Shown piece after piece: positions 37,153 to 47,544 of a stretch of DNA of 64,000 bases; positions within the stretch are counted from its first letter, which is position 1, and every line of letters begins with the position of its first letter. A program made the translations under genes and the position numbers. The notes beneath the pieces were generated by a model. The model had not been told where the DNA came from and made no database searches. It saw only the letters and a program-made list of their open reading frames with translations. The DNA comes from Rhizophagus irregularis. Taxonomy: Eukaryota. The stretch lies in the NCBI RefSeq assembly GCF_026210795.1, contig NC_089431.1, positions 2,108,001-2,172,000 on the forward strand. The letters are read 5' to 3'.

Positions 37153-37572
37153 AGTAGAGGGCTTTGAGTTGGGAATATATAAATATAAAATTTTTATTAG
37201 TAGCTTGTATTATTTTTTAAAAATAATAAAAAATTATTTTCGTCGGAATTTTCGTTTTTGAAAAATTCAGGAGAGAGTTACTGGTCAAAAACCACTACTA
37301 CTGGTCAAAAACTAGGCAAACGTGGCATAGTAGCCTTTATCTTTATTAAATTTATTCGAACTTTACAATTTACAAAAAAAATAAAAAGAAAATATAAAAA
37401 TAAAACTAACTAAAAACAAAGCTATATAGTCTCCTAAGAAAAAATAAAGTAAAAAATTAATCTAAAAAAAAGAAAAAACGCATTACACTAAATTTCCCCA
37501 GATCTTCCCACTTGATATATTCCAACCAAAGTAGAAGCAACTATGCTAACAAAATAACGAATAGCGCGCCCA

Positions 37573-40500
37573 CTATAGAAATCGACACTCCATCCTGCAA
37601 AAGCTGTTATTAAGTAGCACCGTTAGACGACCCATAAAACCCGAAAAGTGATTAAACCAAGGCAAACCATATTTCATTGAGTTCTTCAACCAATCGGTTC
37701 CGGAGTCACGTGAATCGTGTAGGGTCGGAGGTGGTAGAGATGAGTAAGGTATGTACGTTGACAATGGCAAATTAGAAGGCTTCGGAGTAGTTTTCAACTT
37801 ATAAGTAATATTCATCGCGTTTTCCCATCTACTTTTCTCATAAGAACGCGGATTCCAAATTCGTTTTCTGAATTTTTGGACAAAATTATTATGAATAGCA
37901 GCGATAACCTTAATCGCAGAGATTCTTGGAATAGACAAATCGACTAAGATGTCAATAAAAAGTGTAGGTAAACAACCACGGACAAGGGCGTAAGAGGACC
38001 AATTGGTAGAAGAAAAGGACCAGCATGAAAGAGAAGTGAGTTTAGCAATAAAGGGAGTAGGATCAATATCAGCCAATTTTCCAGCTTCTTGAATTTTAGA
38101 AATCAAATGATTTTGATAAGATTGGAGAATTTGTTGCATAGGTAGACGACGTTTTTTGCACATAAAAAGGTGCATTAGGTCTTCCATGCGATCGATACAA
38201 GAACGGCAAGTTAATTCGTCCATGTATAAGTCTGGTCGAGTCCGCTTAAGCTTTTCCAATGTGGGAAAGTCGTCCAAGAAAAGTTTGAATTTAAAGGTTA
38301 AGTGTCTTGAAGCATGCTCAAGAGTAAAAGATGCATCATGAGAAGGCTTGAAATTCAAGGTAAACCAAGTAAGTTCCCAGTCGACAATGTAATCTATATT
38401 AGATAATAATAAAGAAATAAAGTGAAATCGCGTTAAATTTAACAAATCACGCATTAACTGCGTTTGATAATACTGTTTAAGAAGGTGTCGTGGATTAGAT
38501 TCACAAACGGTGTCATTGTCGTAAGTCAATACGAAATCATGGGCAGAGGCAAGGTCCATTCCAGAAATCAAAATACTGGATGATGCGGTATGGGCAGTAT
38601 TGGCCAGGGAGTCAGCAAAATCGTTCAAATAATTGCCAGAATGAGCTTTAACTTTAACAGGAAGAACTGTCAAATTCTTGGTAAGGATAGTTCGTTCAAT
38701 AATGGCCCAAAGCTCAAAATTTGTTGTTTTGTAGTAAAGACGGCTGTTTGAGTAGACATAGGAAGAGCAACTTCGAAGGCCATCAATGGCAGTTTGCGAG
38801 TCAGTATAAATAGTAACTTCTGAGTCGCGAGGAGAAATGGTTAAAACTGCGTAAATAGCGGCAGCTTCAGCACGAGAAGAAGAAGGATTATCTCGAATGA
38901 TGCCATGTGCATAAGTAGCAATGGAATTAGGAAAACCAGCATCAGGTACGATTTGCATCCAAGACCAGCCCATAGAAACATTAGGAGTGCCTAGATTAAT
39001 AAGAGACCCATCAGTGAAAAAGATATAACGTGAGTCTGAAGACACAACCAACGGCGAATTTGCGAAAACAGCAGCAGCTGAGGATTCAATAGTGATGAGA
39101 GGAGCGGAAACTTCAACAATATCATCAGGAGGAGAGTCAAAATCAAAATCCAATCGACTGTAATAAAGACGGACACCATCTTCGATATCAGCCCAGGTAA
39201 AAGGAGAGGATACTGCAGAAGTATTACGTCTAATGCGCTCATTGATGGTGGGCAGAATAAGCGAATGTTGTAGAGAAACCGTAGGCGTACAAAGGGTTAA
39301 ATCAGCATTCCGTTTTTTGGAAGGAGGCAAAGGAATATGAGCAGCACAACCAGGGCAAGGAGAGAGTCTAATAAGATCACCAGGCGAAGATTCACAATCA
39401 GGAGAGACCCAGTGAACAATAGAACAAGTACCACGACTTGCTTGAACTAAAAGTTGTTTGCCAAAGATGGGAGAACCGTAGTCGTCTAACGTGACAATCC
39501 AATTTTTCGTAGTGGTAGGAGAGGACAGGCAAGGAGTCAATTCATAAAATGAAGAGTCAATCGTAGGCGTAGTAATGAACTGGCTCAGCAAACGATTGTT
39601 GGTGTCAGGAATGGTAGTAGCTTGCTGGATATCTTTATACCAATAAGGGATACAGCCAGGGCCACGTCGTCCAACCAAATTGTCATAGTAGGCTTTCCAA
39701 GAAATTAAATGAGTCCCTTGGAGAGTAACAAGCTGAGATAGATAAAACAAATGCCGTTTTCGCAAAATAGGGAAATAGGCTTTAAACGCTTTAGGTGTCA
39801 TGCATTCAAATAAGGGAACGCGTCCATCCATCAAAGTCAGGTTCGGAAGCTTCGAAAGTTGAGTATGAAGCAAACGAAAAGGAGTAGAGGATAAGAGAGC
39901 AATAGTGCATGCGATATAATCTTTCTTAAAAGAAAAAAGAGAAGACCATATAGACCAATCCTTAATTAAAAGGGGAGAAATAGGAATTAAAAAATTAAAT
40001 TGAATCAAACTCAATCTATAAATAAAAAGAGATTGAATAAAAGAAAAGGAAGAATTAGCCATTAAAAATAAATTAGTAATATGACATTGTCGTTGATGAG
40101 CAAATAAATTTATCAAGCCCAAGGCTTGAGATAAAAATAAAATGGGATTTGGTAAAGAGCGAGAAAAATTTGCTTTGTGCTTTACAACAGATCGTATACT
40201 TCTCGTTATTAGGTGGCAGTCAGATTCAGACAAGTGAGTAACTTGCATCCGGTATTCAAGTTTCGGTATAAGGACAGCATTATGTAAATAAACAACTTGT
40301 TTGGATGAGAGCTTTGCAGGGCGGATGGTTGCAGCGAAGGAGCAGCATTCACGTTTGAGTTGTTTCTTGACAAAATTCCGGGAGCTTTTAATGTTAAACC
40401 AAACACCTAAAAAACGAAAAGAAGTTGTCATAGAAATTGGGGTAATGGTAATGGAAGGAACACTATTTAATGAGGATAAATCTAAATTAAAAGTAATAGG

Positions 40501-43200
40501 AGATAAAGTGGAATTCGAAGTCAAAGGCAACGAATTAGTAATTAACACATATTTGTTATGATTGGCAGAAGTGTTATTAATTTGATAGAATTCTTCTGTA
40601 ATGGATAACATAAATTCCATGCCAGTCTTCGACGAGGAAATAAGAGTAGAGTCATCCATAAATACTAAATTATTAATCTTCAAATCGGAAGAAGGATTGG
40701 GAGAATCAATTAAGGATGGTGTAGAAAGAACATAAGGGTCCATCATTTCATGCTTCAAGACAGTAAGTAAGGGATCAATATAAATAACCCATAAGAGAGG
40801 AGAAATAACTTCGCCTTGGTCAATACCAATGCGAACCCTATAAGCAGGCGTGGATCCATGAGCAGTGAAAACGCTATTAATGCGTTTTGTGAAAAGGGAA
40901 AGAATAAACTTAATAGCAGAAGCTGGAAGACGTATTCGTTCTAAAGCGAAACGTAACATTGTCAAATCAACCGAGTCAAAAGCTTTAGAAATGTCTTGAG
41001 AGAGAATCCAAAGTGGGTTTTTGTTGACATCAGCATCATGGATAATAGATTCTAGAGTAATAATAGGGTCACGGCAAGAACCACCAGGAAGACCAGCGAA
41101 GTTACCACCTTTAAGAACATCATGTGTAGCCATAATAGTAGAAAGGCGATTATAAAAGAGTTTGACAAGAGATTTTCTAATCACTTCAAGTAAAGTAATA
41201 GGACGAGTATTTTTCAATTGACATTTCCATTCGTGAGGTTTGGGAATGGGAAAAACCATTGCCTGTCGCCATAAGTCAGGAATATCAGCTTTGGAAAGGC
41301 AAGCTTGAATTAAAATAAGGAGTAGAGCCGAGGAACAAGATCCAAGGTGTTTGAGCATTTCATAAGTGATCATGGAAGGACCTGAGGCTTTACCGTTAGG
41401 AGTAGAAGAAACGGTAGTTAACCATTCGTCAAGGGTAGGGGGATTCATCAAAGAATCATAGATGGAGGAGGGCACATCATCCATAGGTTGGTAAACAGAA
41501 GACCATCTATCAGGTAATGTATCTACAGATACAGGAGGAGTGGATTTTATAGGTACAAAGTTTTGGAAATGGTTAACAACAGCATCGTCTATATCCTTGG
41601 GAGCAGTTAATAACTGAGGGTGAGTGGGATGATCAACAAAGACACGATCCAAAGTGATACGGCGGCGGGTGCGAGAAAGCGCTGAATCAATGAAAGAGGA
41701 AAGGTCAGTTTCAAAATTATTGTTCCTATCGTCCAAATGAGCACGAATGGAGGAATCTTGGAATTCTTTTTCTTGAAGTAGATGGAATCCCCGTAAGGAT
41801 TTTGAAATATCGGATAAATCATCAAGAAGTGACTTGAAATCATCTTGTCGACATGATGAGAGAGAAGAGGGCAAAGTAGGAACGAAAGTAAATACTTTCT
41901 TATATAATTGCAAAATGTTTTGAAGTCTGATTAAATGAATAGACCACTTATGTTCATGAGCGGCAGAATAAGTTAAAGGATATTTGCGCAATAAACGTAT
42001 TGAATGCATAAGGCGATTTAAAAACCGATAATGTTGGGTTAAAATTTCCAGATCTTTAGGAACCTTAGGAGTATAATTATTGCCAACAGTGGAAGAAGGT
42101 AGTGTAGCGTTGGCAGCTTTAAGAATTCGTGATTGGAGATATTCGCACATTTGATTGATATGCCAGGAGGAAAAGGTTGAAGGTGAGACGTCACATAAAG
42201 CATCAGCTTTATCAGCAAATTCCGTCCATTGAATTTCAGTTACAGAATCAAATTTGAAGACGCGACGGGTTCGGCGCTTAAGTTGTCGAGCGCGAGCCAA
42301 TTTGGTAGAGGCAAAAAGTAAAGACATATCATAGTATGTTATGACGGGGTTATGATCAGATGTGCAAACATCTTGAGCATTAAAAATGCAAGCAGTAAGA
42401 GCAAATCCTTTGAGAAGAGGGCAGGACCATACATAATCAACTCGAGTAATGTGGTCATTGTGATGAAAGGTACCTAAGGAGTCGGAAAGATTAATAGGAG
42501 TATAGTCTTCATATCCGTGAGAGAGGAGATGAAAAAATAATCGGTGAATTTGTTTTGAAGCAACTTGAGGTTGATTGAAGTAAATAGGGTAATATTTGTC
42601 TAAATGCATATTAAAATCGCCACAAACAGCATGGTAAAAGCCAGCATGTTTAGTAAGGGTAAGTTGTTGAATGAGCAAATCAATAGTATCAGTGCGCAGA
42701 ACACTTTCAGCAGGGGGAGGGATATAAATAACAAATATACGCAATTTAATATTGCCTTTGAAATATAAATCAACAGAAAGTAACCGTGAAGAATAGGATT
42801 TAAAATCTTGAACATGTGAAGCAAGGGAATTTTCTATAAAAAGAGAAACACCACCAGAAGAGAGAATTTGTTTAGAAGTATCCAAATTAGAAGAGAACAC
42901 AGTATAATTAGAAATACGTTTGGATAAAAACTTCATTTGTTTAGGGTGAAGATGGGTATCCACGATACCACCAAAGGAAATATGTTTTAAGGAAAAGAAA
43001 GTAGAAATTTCTTCTAATTTAGTCTGACCATACATTTTAAGGCCATTAACATTAAAGGAAGAAATATTAAATGAATTGGGGATAGGGGAAGTGTTACTGG
43101 AAGAGGAAAATAACGATTCATGCGAAAAAATTTCAGTAACATTGTCAGGGTTGGGAGGGTTTCGTACAAAGGTATCATAATTAAAATTATTGTCCGACAT
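37573..43200 (-). CDS. Intact LINE ORF2, 1875 aa (APE-RT-RNase H-Zn)
   Basis: Same motifs as 29361-34988, differing at a small number of residues. Confidence 0.96.
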   Translation of the reverse strand: MSDNNFNYDTFVRNPPNPDNVTEIFSHESLFSSSSNTSPIPNSFNISSFNVNGLKMYGQTKLEEISTFFSLKHISFGGIVDTHLHPKQMKFLSKRISNYTVFSSNLDTSKQILSSGGVSLFIENSLASHVQDFKSYSSRLLSVDLYFKGNIKLRIFVIYIPPPAESVLRTDTIDLLIQQLTLTKHAGFYHAVCGDFNMHLDKYYPIYFNQPQVASKQIHRLFFHLLSHGYEDYTPINLSDSLGTFHHNDHITRVDYVWSCPLLKGFALTACIFNAQDVCTSDHNPVITYYDMSLLFASTKLARARQLKRRTRRVFKFDSVTEIQWTEFADKADALCDVSPSTFSSWHINQMCEYLQSRILKAANATLPSSTVGNNYTPKVPKDLEILTQHYRFLNRLMHSIRLLRKYPLTYSAAHEHKWSIHLIRLQNILQLYKKVFTFVPTLPSSLSSCRQDDFKSLLDDLSDISKSLRGFHLLQEKEFQDSSIRAHLDDRNNNFETDLSSFIDSALSRTRRRITLDRVFVDHPTHPQLLTAPKDIDDAVVNHFQNFVPIKSTPPVSVDTLPDRWSSVYQPMDDVPSSIYDSLMNPPTLDEWLTTVSSTPNGKASGPSMITYEMLKHLGSCSSALLLILIQACLSKADIPDLWRQAMVFPIPKPHEWKCQLKNTRPITLLEVIRKSLVKLFYNRLSTIMATHDVLKGGNFAGLPGGSCRDPIITLESIIHDADVNKNPLWILSQDISKAFDSVDLTMLRFALERIRLPASAIKFILSLFTKRINSVFTAHGSTPAYRVRIGIDQGEVISPLLWVIYIDPLLTVLKHEMMDPYVLSTPSLIDSPNPSSDLKINNLVFMDDSTLISSSKTGMEFMLSITEEFYQINNTSANHNKYVLITNSLPLTSNSTLSPITFNLDLSSLNSVPSITITPISMTTSFRFLGVWFNIKSSRNFVKKQLKRECCSFAATIRPAKLSSKQVVYLHNAVLIPKLEYRMQVTHLSESDCHLITRSIRSVVKHKANFSRSLPNPILFLSQALGLINLFAHQRQCHITNLFLMANSSFSFIQSLFIYRLSLIQFNFLIPISPLLIKDWSIWSSLFSFKKDYIACTIALLSSTPFRLLHTQLSKLPNLTLMDGRVPLFECMTPKAFKAYFPILRKRHLFYLSQLVTLQGTHLISWKAYYDNLVGRRGPGCIPYWYKDIQQATTIPDTNNRLLSQFITTPTIDSSFYELTPCLSSPTTTKNWIVTLDDYGSPIFGKQLLVQASRGTCSIVHWVSPDCESSPGDLIRLSPCPGCAAHIPLPPSKKRNADLTLCTPTVSLQHSLILPTINERIRRNTSAVSSPFTWADIEDGVRLYYSRLDFDFDSPPDDIVEVSAPLITIESSAAAVFANSPLVVSSDSRYIFFTDGSLINLGTPNVSMGWSWMQIVPDAGFPNSIATYAHGIIRDNPSSSRAEAAAIYAVLTISPRDSEVTIYTDSQTAIDGLRSCSSYVYSNSRLYYKTTNFELWAIIERTILTKNLTVLPVKVKAHSGNYLNDFADSLANTAHTASSSILISGMDLASAHDFVLTYDNDTVCESNPRHLLKQYYQTQLMRDLLNLTRFHFISLLLSNIDYIVDWELTWFTLNFKPSHDASFTLEHASRHLTFKFKLFLDDFPTLEKLKRTRPDLYMDELTCRSCIDRMEDLMHLFMCKKRRLPMQQILQSYQNHLISKIQEAGKLADIDPTPFIAKLTSLSCWSFSSTNWSSYALVRGCLPTLFIDILVDLSIPRISAIKVIAAIHNNFVQKFRKRIWNPRSYEKSRWENAMNITYKLKTTPKPSNLPLSTYIPYSSLPPPTLHDSRDSGTDWLKNSMKYGLPWFNHFSGFMGRLTVLLNNSFCRMECRFL

Positions 43201-43250
43201 TAAAACACAATGATATAAACAGTCGGGGAGTTAAAATTTGAAGAAAGAAA

Positions 43251-45373
43251 TTAATTGGAAGAAGCCGAATCAGCTTGTTCCAGGGGAGCGCCACCAAGGG
43301 AGCCAATGAATTGCTTGATATGACCAGTAAGTTGGTCCAATTTACTTTCAATAGCGACACGACTATTTTTGAGATCATTAATTTCTTCTTGTGTGGAGGA
43401 GATGGGAGTAAAAGGAGGAGCATTTGGAGAAAGGTGAGAAGAAGGAGGTGATGTGTCAGGAACAACAGTGAATGTAGGCGAAGGTCGCATTAAAATACTT
43501 TTGGGAGGCAGCGAAGATTTAGCGGAAGACAGAATATTAAGAGGAACATGAGTTACAGGGGCATCTTCTTGCATGAGGTCCGGTTCAGGTTCATCGGGTA
43601 TAGGGAGTGGATCAAGGCCAAGGTGTGATTCAATACGAGTCATCCGTTGGTCAGCAAGTTCAAGAGCGGAGATGCGTTTGTGAAAGTTAGCAACTTCACA
43701 TTGTAATTCTCGTAAAAGGTTTAGAATGTTGTTAGCATCATCAGGAGATAATGCAGAGTTAGGAGTTTGTCGGGGTAAGGGACGTGCTGTAGAACGAGAG
43801 GAGGAGGAAAGGAGACAGATCGTTCTTTACTATTATGGCGGGCACGTTGAGAAGTATTGGGAGGGGGTTTGTTATGATTACTATTAACATCATTAGTGCG
43901 GTCATGGGAAGCGTTATTGGCTCGTCCAGAATTGGAAGCAGATCGATCTTTAGATTTGGAGCGAGATCGAGAGCGAGAGCGTGCATTGGCAATATTAGAA
44001 TTGGAGCGAGGTTGATTAACATTGAATCGTTCTTTGAGTTTTGCAACAGGGTCGCGAGTGCGGCTTCTACCTCTGGTTTGTTTGAGTGGGCAAAAATTAG
44101 GAGCACAACCTAGTTTGCCACATCTGTGACAAAGTTTATTAGTATTATCGGGGGAGGACCAGAAAAGCACTTTGCCTTGGAAGCTAACAGTCTGTTCCAT
44201 AGCAGCATCCATGGTTTCTTGGGAGTTGAAGGTGACATAGGCCCATCTTTTGGGTTTGTAGGAATTTAAAGAAAGAGGAACATTGACAGCTTTTGCACCA
44301 AGATCGCGTGTAAGAGGAGCCAAGTTGATATCCTTAACATTGGGAGGAAGTTGAGTGAGGGTGGCAACGTATTGACGGCGCGCAGCCTTTTGATCCACAG
44401 TATAGAAACATGGAGTAATTCGGAGACAGGTGGAGAAACAGTAAACAGCCCATTGGTCGGTAAAACGAGCAATTGAATCGGCGTGATCATACACAATACG
44501 GGCTTGCTGGACTTTAGCATTAGGCCTGGAGAAGAGGCGACAAGAGGTAATATTACCAAATTTTTTGAAATAGGCCATGAGGTTGTCCTTTTTGATAAAG
44601 AAAGGGATATCGGTAACTTGGATAGCCCGGAGATCTTCATTGGATCGGAGTTGGCGAGGGTCATGGGCATGAAAAATCAAGTCAGGGAACTCAGGATGAG
44701 AGGAACCAACGCACAGTTCGCGTGCTTCAGCGGTATGGAAGTGGATAACGAGGCGTTTAGCCTCACCAGAACCTGTCATACGAGCTTTTCCAGTGAATGA
44801 CTCGTACGTTTCTAAGAAAAGGTTATTCACAGCCTCAATAAGGGCTTTATTGGTAGGGAATTTCTTGAGTGATTCAGGGGCAGCATTCGGCGCAGCCGCA
44901 GCCTGAAAATCATCTCTGGTTATGGCAAAGGTCACCACTGGATCTGGGGTTTGATCGCCATCAGGAGCACCACTAGTATCCAAATTGGGCGACGCGTTAG
45001 GGGGTTGTTGCAAGTCTTTGTTTGAAGGTGCATGCATGGACGCGTCCACATTTCCAGAAGACGCGACGTGACTGGGCGCAGTTGGCGCAGCAGATTTTTT
45101 CAGGGAGGAGGCCAAAGTATTTTCGCCAGAGATATTTTGTTGAGGAGAAGAGGAAGGTCCATCTACTCCAACGTCAGCCGTCTGGTCATCGGCAACGTAG
45201 TCTTCTTCCATAGAATTTTCGGTAATCGTACGATTACGTTTCTGCTGGATAGTGTTTTCACCATCGGAGCTTGAATTATCGGAGTTGTTATTATTTTTTT
45301 GTTCTTGACGGGAAGCTTTCCTACTGTTAGGGTTATGACTTCCACGGCCTCTCTTGGCATAGTTACCAGACAT
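43251..45373 (-). CDS. LINE ORF1 (~707 aa consensus; RRM-like domains, CX2CX4CX4C knuckle, RS-rich tract, coiled coil) with a single 1-bp frameshift near 43810
   Basis: ORFs 43721-45373 and 43251-43643 fuse into one frame (…PNSALSPDDANNILNLLRELQ…MTRIESH) if the base present in copy A is restored. The indel could be a sequencing error. Confidence 0.85.
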
Positions 45374-46530
45374 AGTAGAGGGCTTTGAGTTGGGAATATA
45401 TAAAATATAAAATATTTATTAGTAGCTAGTATTATTTTTTTAAAAATAATAAAAATTATTTTCGTCGAAAATTTTCGTTATTGAAAAATTCAGGAGAGAG
45501 TTACTGGTCAAAAACTAATATATTAGGTAGCAGATATGTATCAGATATGTACCTGATATGTGTAGTATTAATGCTGAAAATCGGGTACCTGATATGTGTA
45601 AGATATGTGTAAATATATATATCGTCTATATATCATTTACATATCATATACATATCAGTACCTGATATGTATATGATATATATATTTACACATATCTTAC
45701 ACATATCAGGTACCCGATTTTCAGCATTAATACTACACATATCAGGTACATATCTGATTAGTTTTTGACCAGTGATACTAGGAACACAACATGATGATAA
45801 AAAATTTTTTGATTTTTGCTCACTGGCCTTGGAAGCTAAGATTGACACTAATTTTTCCAAAATATCAAAACAAATATTTGGATTCTCAGAGTCAAAAAAC
45901 ATTTTATTTTTGGCATCACTTTTGGATTCCTTCATCATGCACTTTAAGGAACTAATTTGGTTGCCTAGATGTAATACTACTAATGCATGGGAAAAGGCTA
46001 AAAATATTGGAAAAAAGACAAATTAAATGAATCTGAAAATATGGATCGTTATTTTAAATCCCCTCATCAACAGATCAAGCAATTAAAACAGAATAAACAA
46101 CAATCAAAGAAGAATAATATAACAAATTCACAGGAAGATCAAATGGTAGAGTTTAGTGATACATCATTGGAATTGGATTCAGTACAGCTTAAAAACTTAA
46201 AAAATGAAAATCTCATATTATCAAAATGCTATATATAATTGATTTAGCAACAGTATAATTAAACTTAAATTGGAGTTATACATAAATTTACCAAATTTGA
46301 AAGGAAAAAGGGAGGGAAAAAAAAAATAATAATAATAATAATATTTATAATAATAACAACAATTTCTATAATATAATCAATAGACATAATATTAATTATT
46401 TTTATAATCAATAGATACAACACTAATTATTTTTTATTCTATATTTATTCTTATCCATATTTTGATGATTGCATCCTACTGGGTGGATATAGCTTATGAT
46501 AATTTGTTTGTATGGTATATAAACTACATA

Positions 46531-47139
46531 TCAATAAAGCATATATAAATCATTAAAAAAAAAAAAAAAAAAATTACCTAATGTTAAATTTTTTTCATAT
46601 TTGGGTTCTTCTTTGATTTTATTTAAAATTATAGCAGTTTCATGATTTAAGAAAGTTGTTGATATGGTTGTTCTTTTAGGAAGACCATAAACAAAACAGA
46701 GACTTTGAACAAAATTAATAAAATAAGGATGACCAATGGTTGAAAATGGTATTCCACAGCAAATAAAAAACCGTATAAGTGCTTGATCGATTTTATCTTT
46801 TCTATCCGCAGTAAGCTCAGCTGATGAATCAGAATCTGTTTTTTGTTTTCTATTCATAGTAAATGTAGTTCCAACAGCCAGCATTTCCATATATTCTGTT
46901 TTAATATACAGTGGAACATCTTTACAATACAATGCTAAATGTGACTTCAAAATTTCTGGTTTTTCTTTAAACCAGTTTTGATTACAGTAATGACATCTAG
47001 CTTTGTAATGCTCACTACTCAATGGTTCTTTAAAATAATGATCCCAGTCATGTAATTCTTTACGAACCCTTCTAACTTCTCTAATATTTTGATTATTAAA
47101 TAAATCTGTAACTCTTTCCCGAAACGAAAATTTCTGCAT
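46531..47139 (-). pseudogene. hAT transposase N-terminal exon (BED zinc finger)
   Basis: WDHYF..ARCHYC..ILKSHLALYC and LIRFFICCGIPFSTIGHPYF...LPKRTTIS; runs into an intron at NLTLG; downstream exons are degraded or truncated. Confidence 0.8.
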
Positions 47140-47544
47140 AATAATTTTTTTTTAAAAAAATAATCCCCTTTATTAAATTTTATTACACAAATATAAAAAT
47201 GTCTGCTGAATTTTTTTCTTTTGAACAATTATTGTTTAATAATTATTATTTCAATGATATCAATAAATAAAACAATAAAATATAAAAGTATTACATGTAG
47301 TTAAAAAAATCAAAATATTAAGAAAAATGCATTATTTTTTATTAAAAAAATCTGTTTTTGATGATATGCATTTTTATGTTAAAAATACAAACGTAAAAAA
47401 ATGGATCGGCCAGATAATTTAATGGATTATTTATCTATTAATCCATTAGATCAACCGGCCAAAAATGATTTGCGAAAATTGATTAAATATTATTTTATCT
47501 GGTATTCTCATGACAAATACATAAAGCTGTTATCATTAAAAAAA

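Larger units (their letters stand above)
29100..37279 (-). mobile_element. Full-length LINE, family 2 copy A (8180 bp)
   Basis: Flanked by ACTGGTCAAAAAC(TA) at 29085-29099 and 37280-37292; 5' end AACTCTCTCCTG; 3' end GGCTACTATGCCACGTTTGCC with no poly(A). Confidence 0.95.
37315..45502 (-). mobile_element. Full-length LINE, family 2 copy B (8188 bp)
   Basis: 15-bp TSD ACTGGTCAAAAACTA at 37300-37314 and 45503-45517; same termini as copy A; scattered substitutions relative to A. Confidence 0.95.
29084..45774. mobile_element. CACTG-ended (CACTA/CMC-like) hairpin MITE, ~270 bp when empty, with two LINEs in its left TIR
   Basis: Perfect 16-bp termini CACTGGTCAAAAACTA (29084-29099) and TAGTTTTTGACCAGTG (45759-45774); TSD ATA at 29081-29083 and 45775-45777; core 45540-45758 has an ~84-bp inverted repeat. 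Confidence 0.9.
7200..46350 (+). mobile_element. Old degraded LINE (APE-RT-RNase H ORF2) in three pieces: ~7200-10248, 27349-29083, 45778-~46350
   Basis: APE motifs (THNING, ALNETN, MGDFN), RT (DQGD..SP, YMDD), RNase H (YTDGS, SSTRAE, YTDS) and a CPRC zinc motif. The reading frame rejoins across both large insertions (ATSWI|KLQARK and KKLNQI|LGTQHD). An A/(AAT)n tail lies at ~46317-46350. The 5' boundary is approximate. Confidence 0.85.

Noticed and set aside
29944..45360. Numerous small overlapping or antisense ORFs repeated in both tandem LINEs
   Set aside because: These are shadow frames of ORF1/ORF2, repeated only because the copies are nearly identical.
29100..45502. LTR retrotransposon or retrovirus interpretation (RT plus RNase H, long direct repeats)
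   Set aside because: There is an N-terminal APE endonuclease, no integrase or protease, and the repeats are whole elements rather than LTRs.
45633..45938. 101-aa ORF
   Set aside because: It spans the palindromic MITE core and the antisense strand of the old LINE; spurious.
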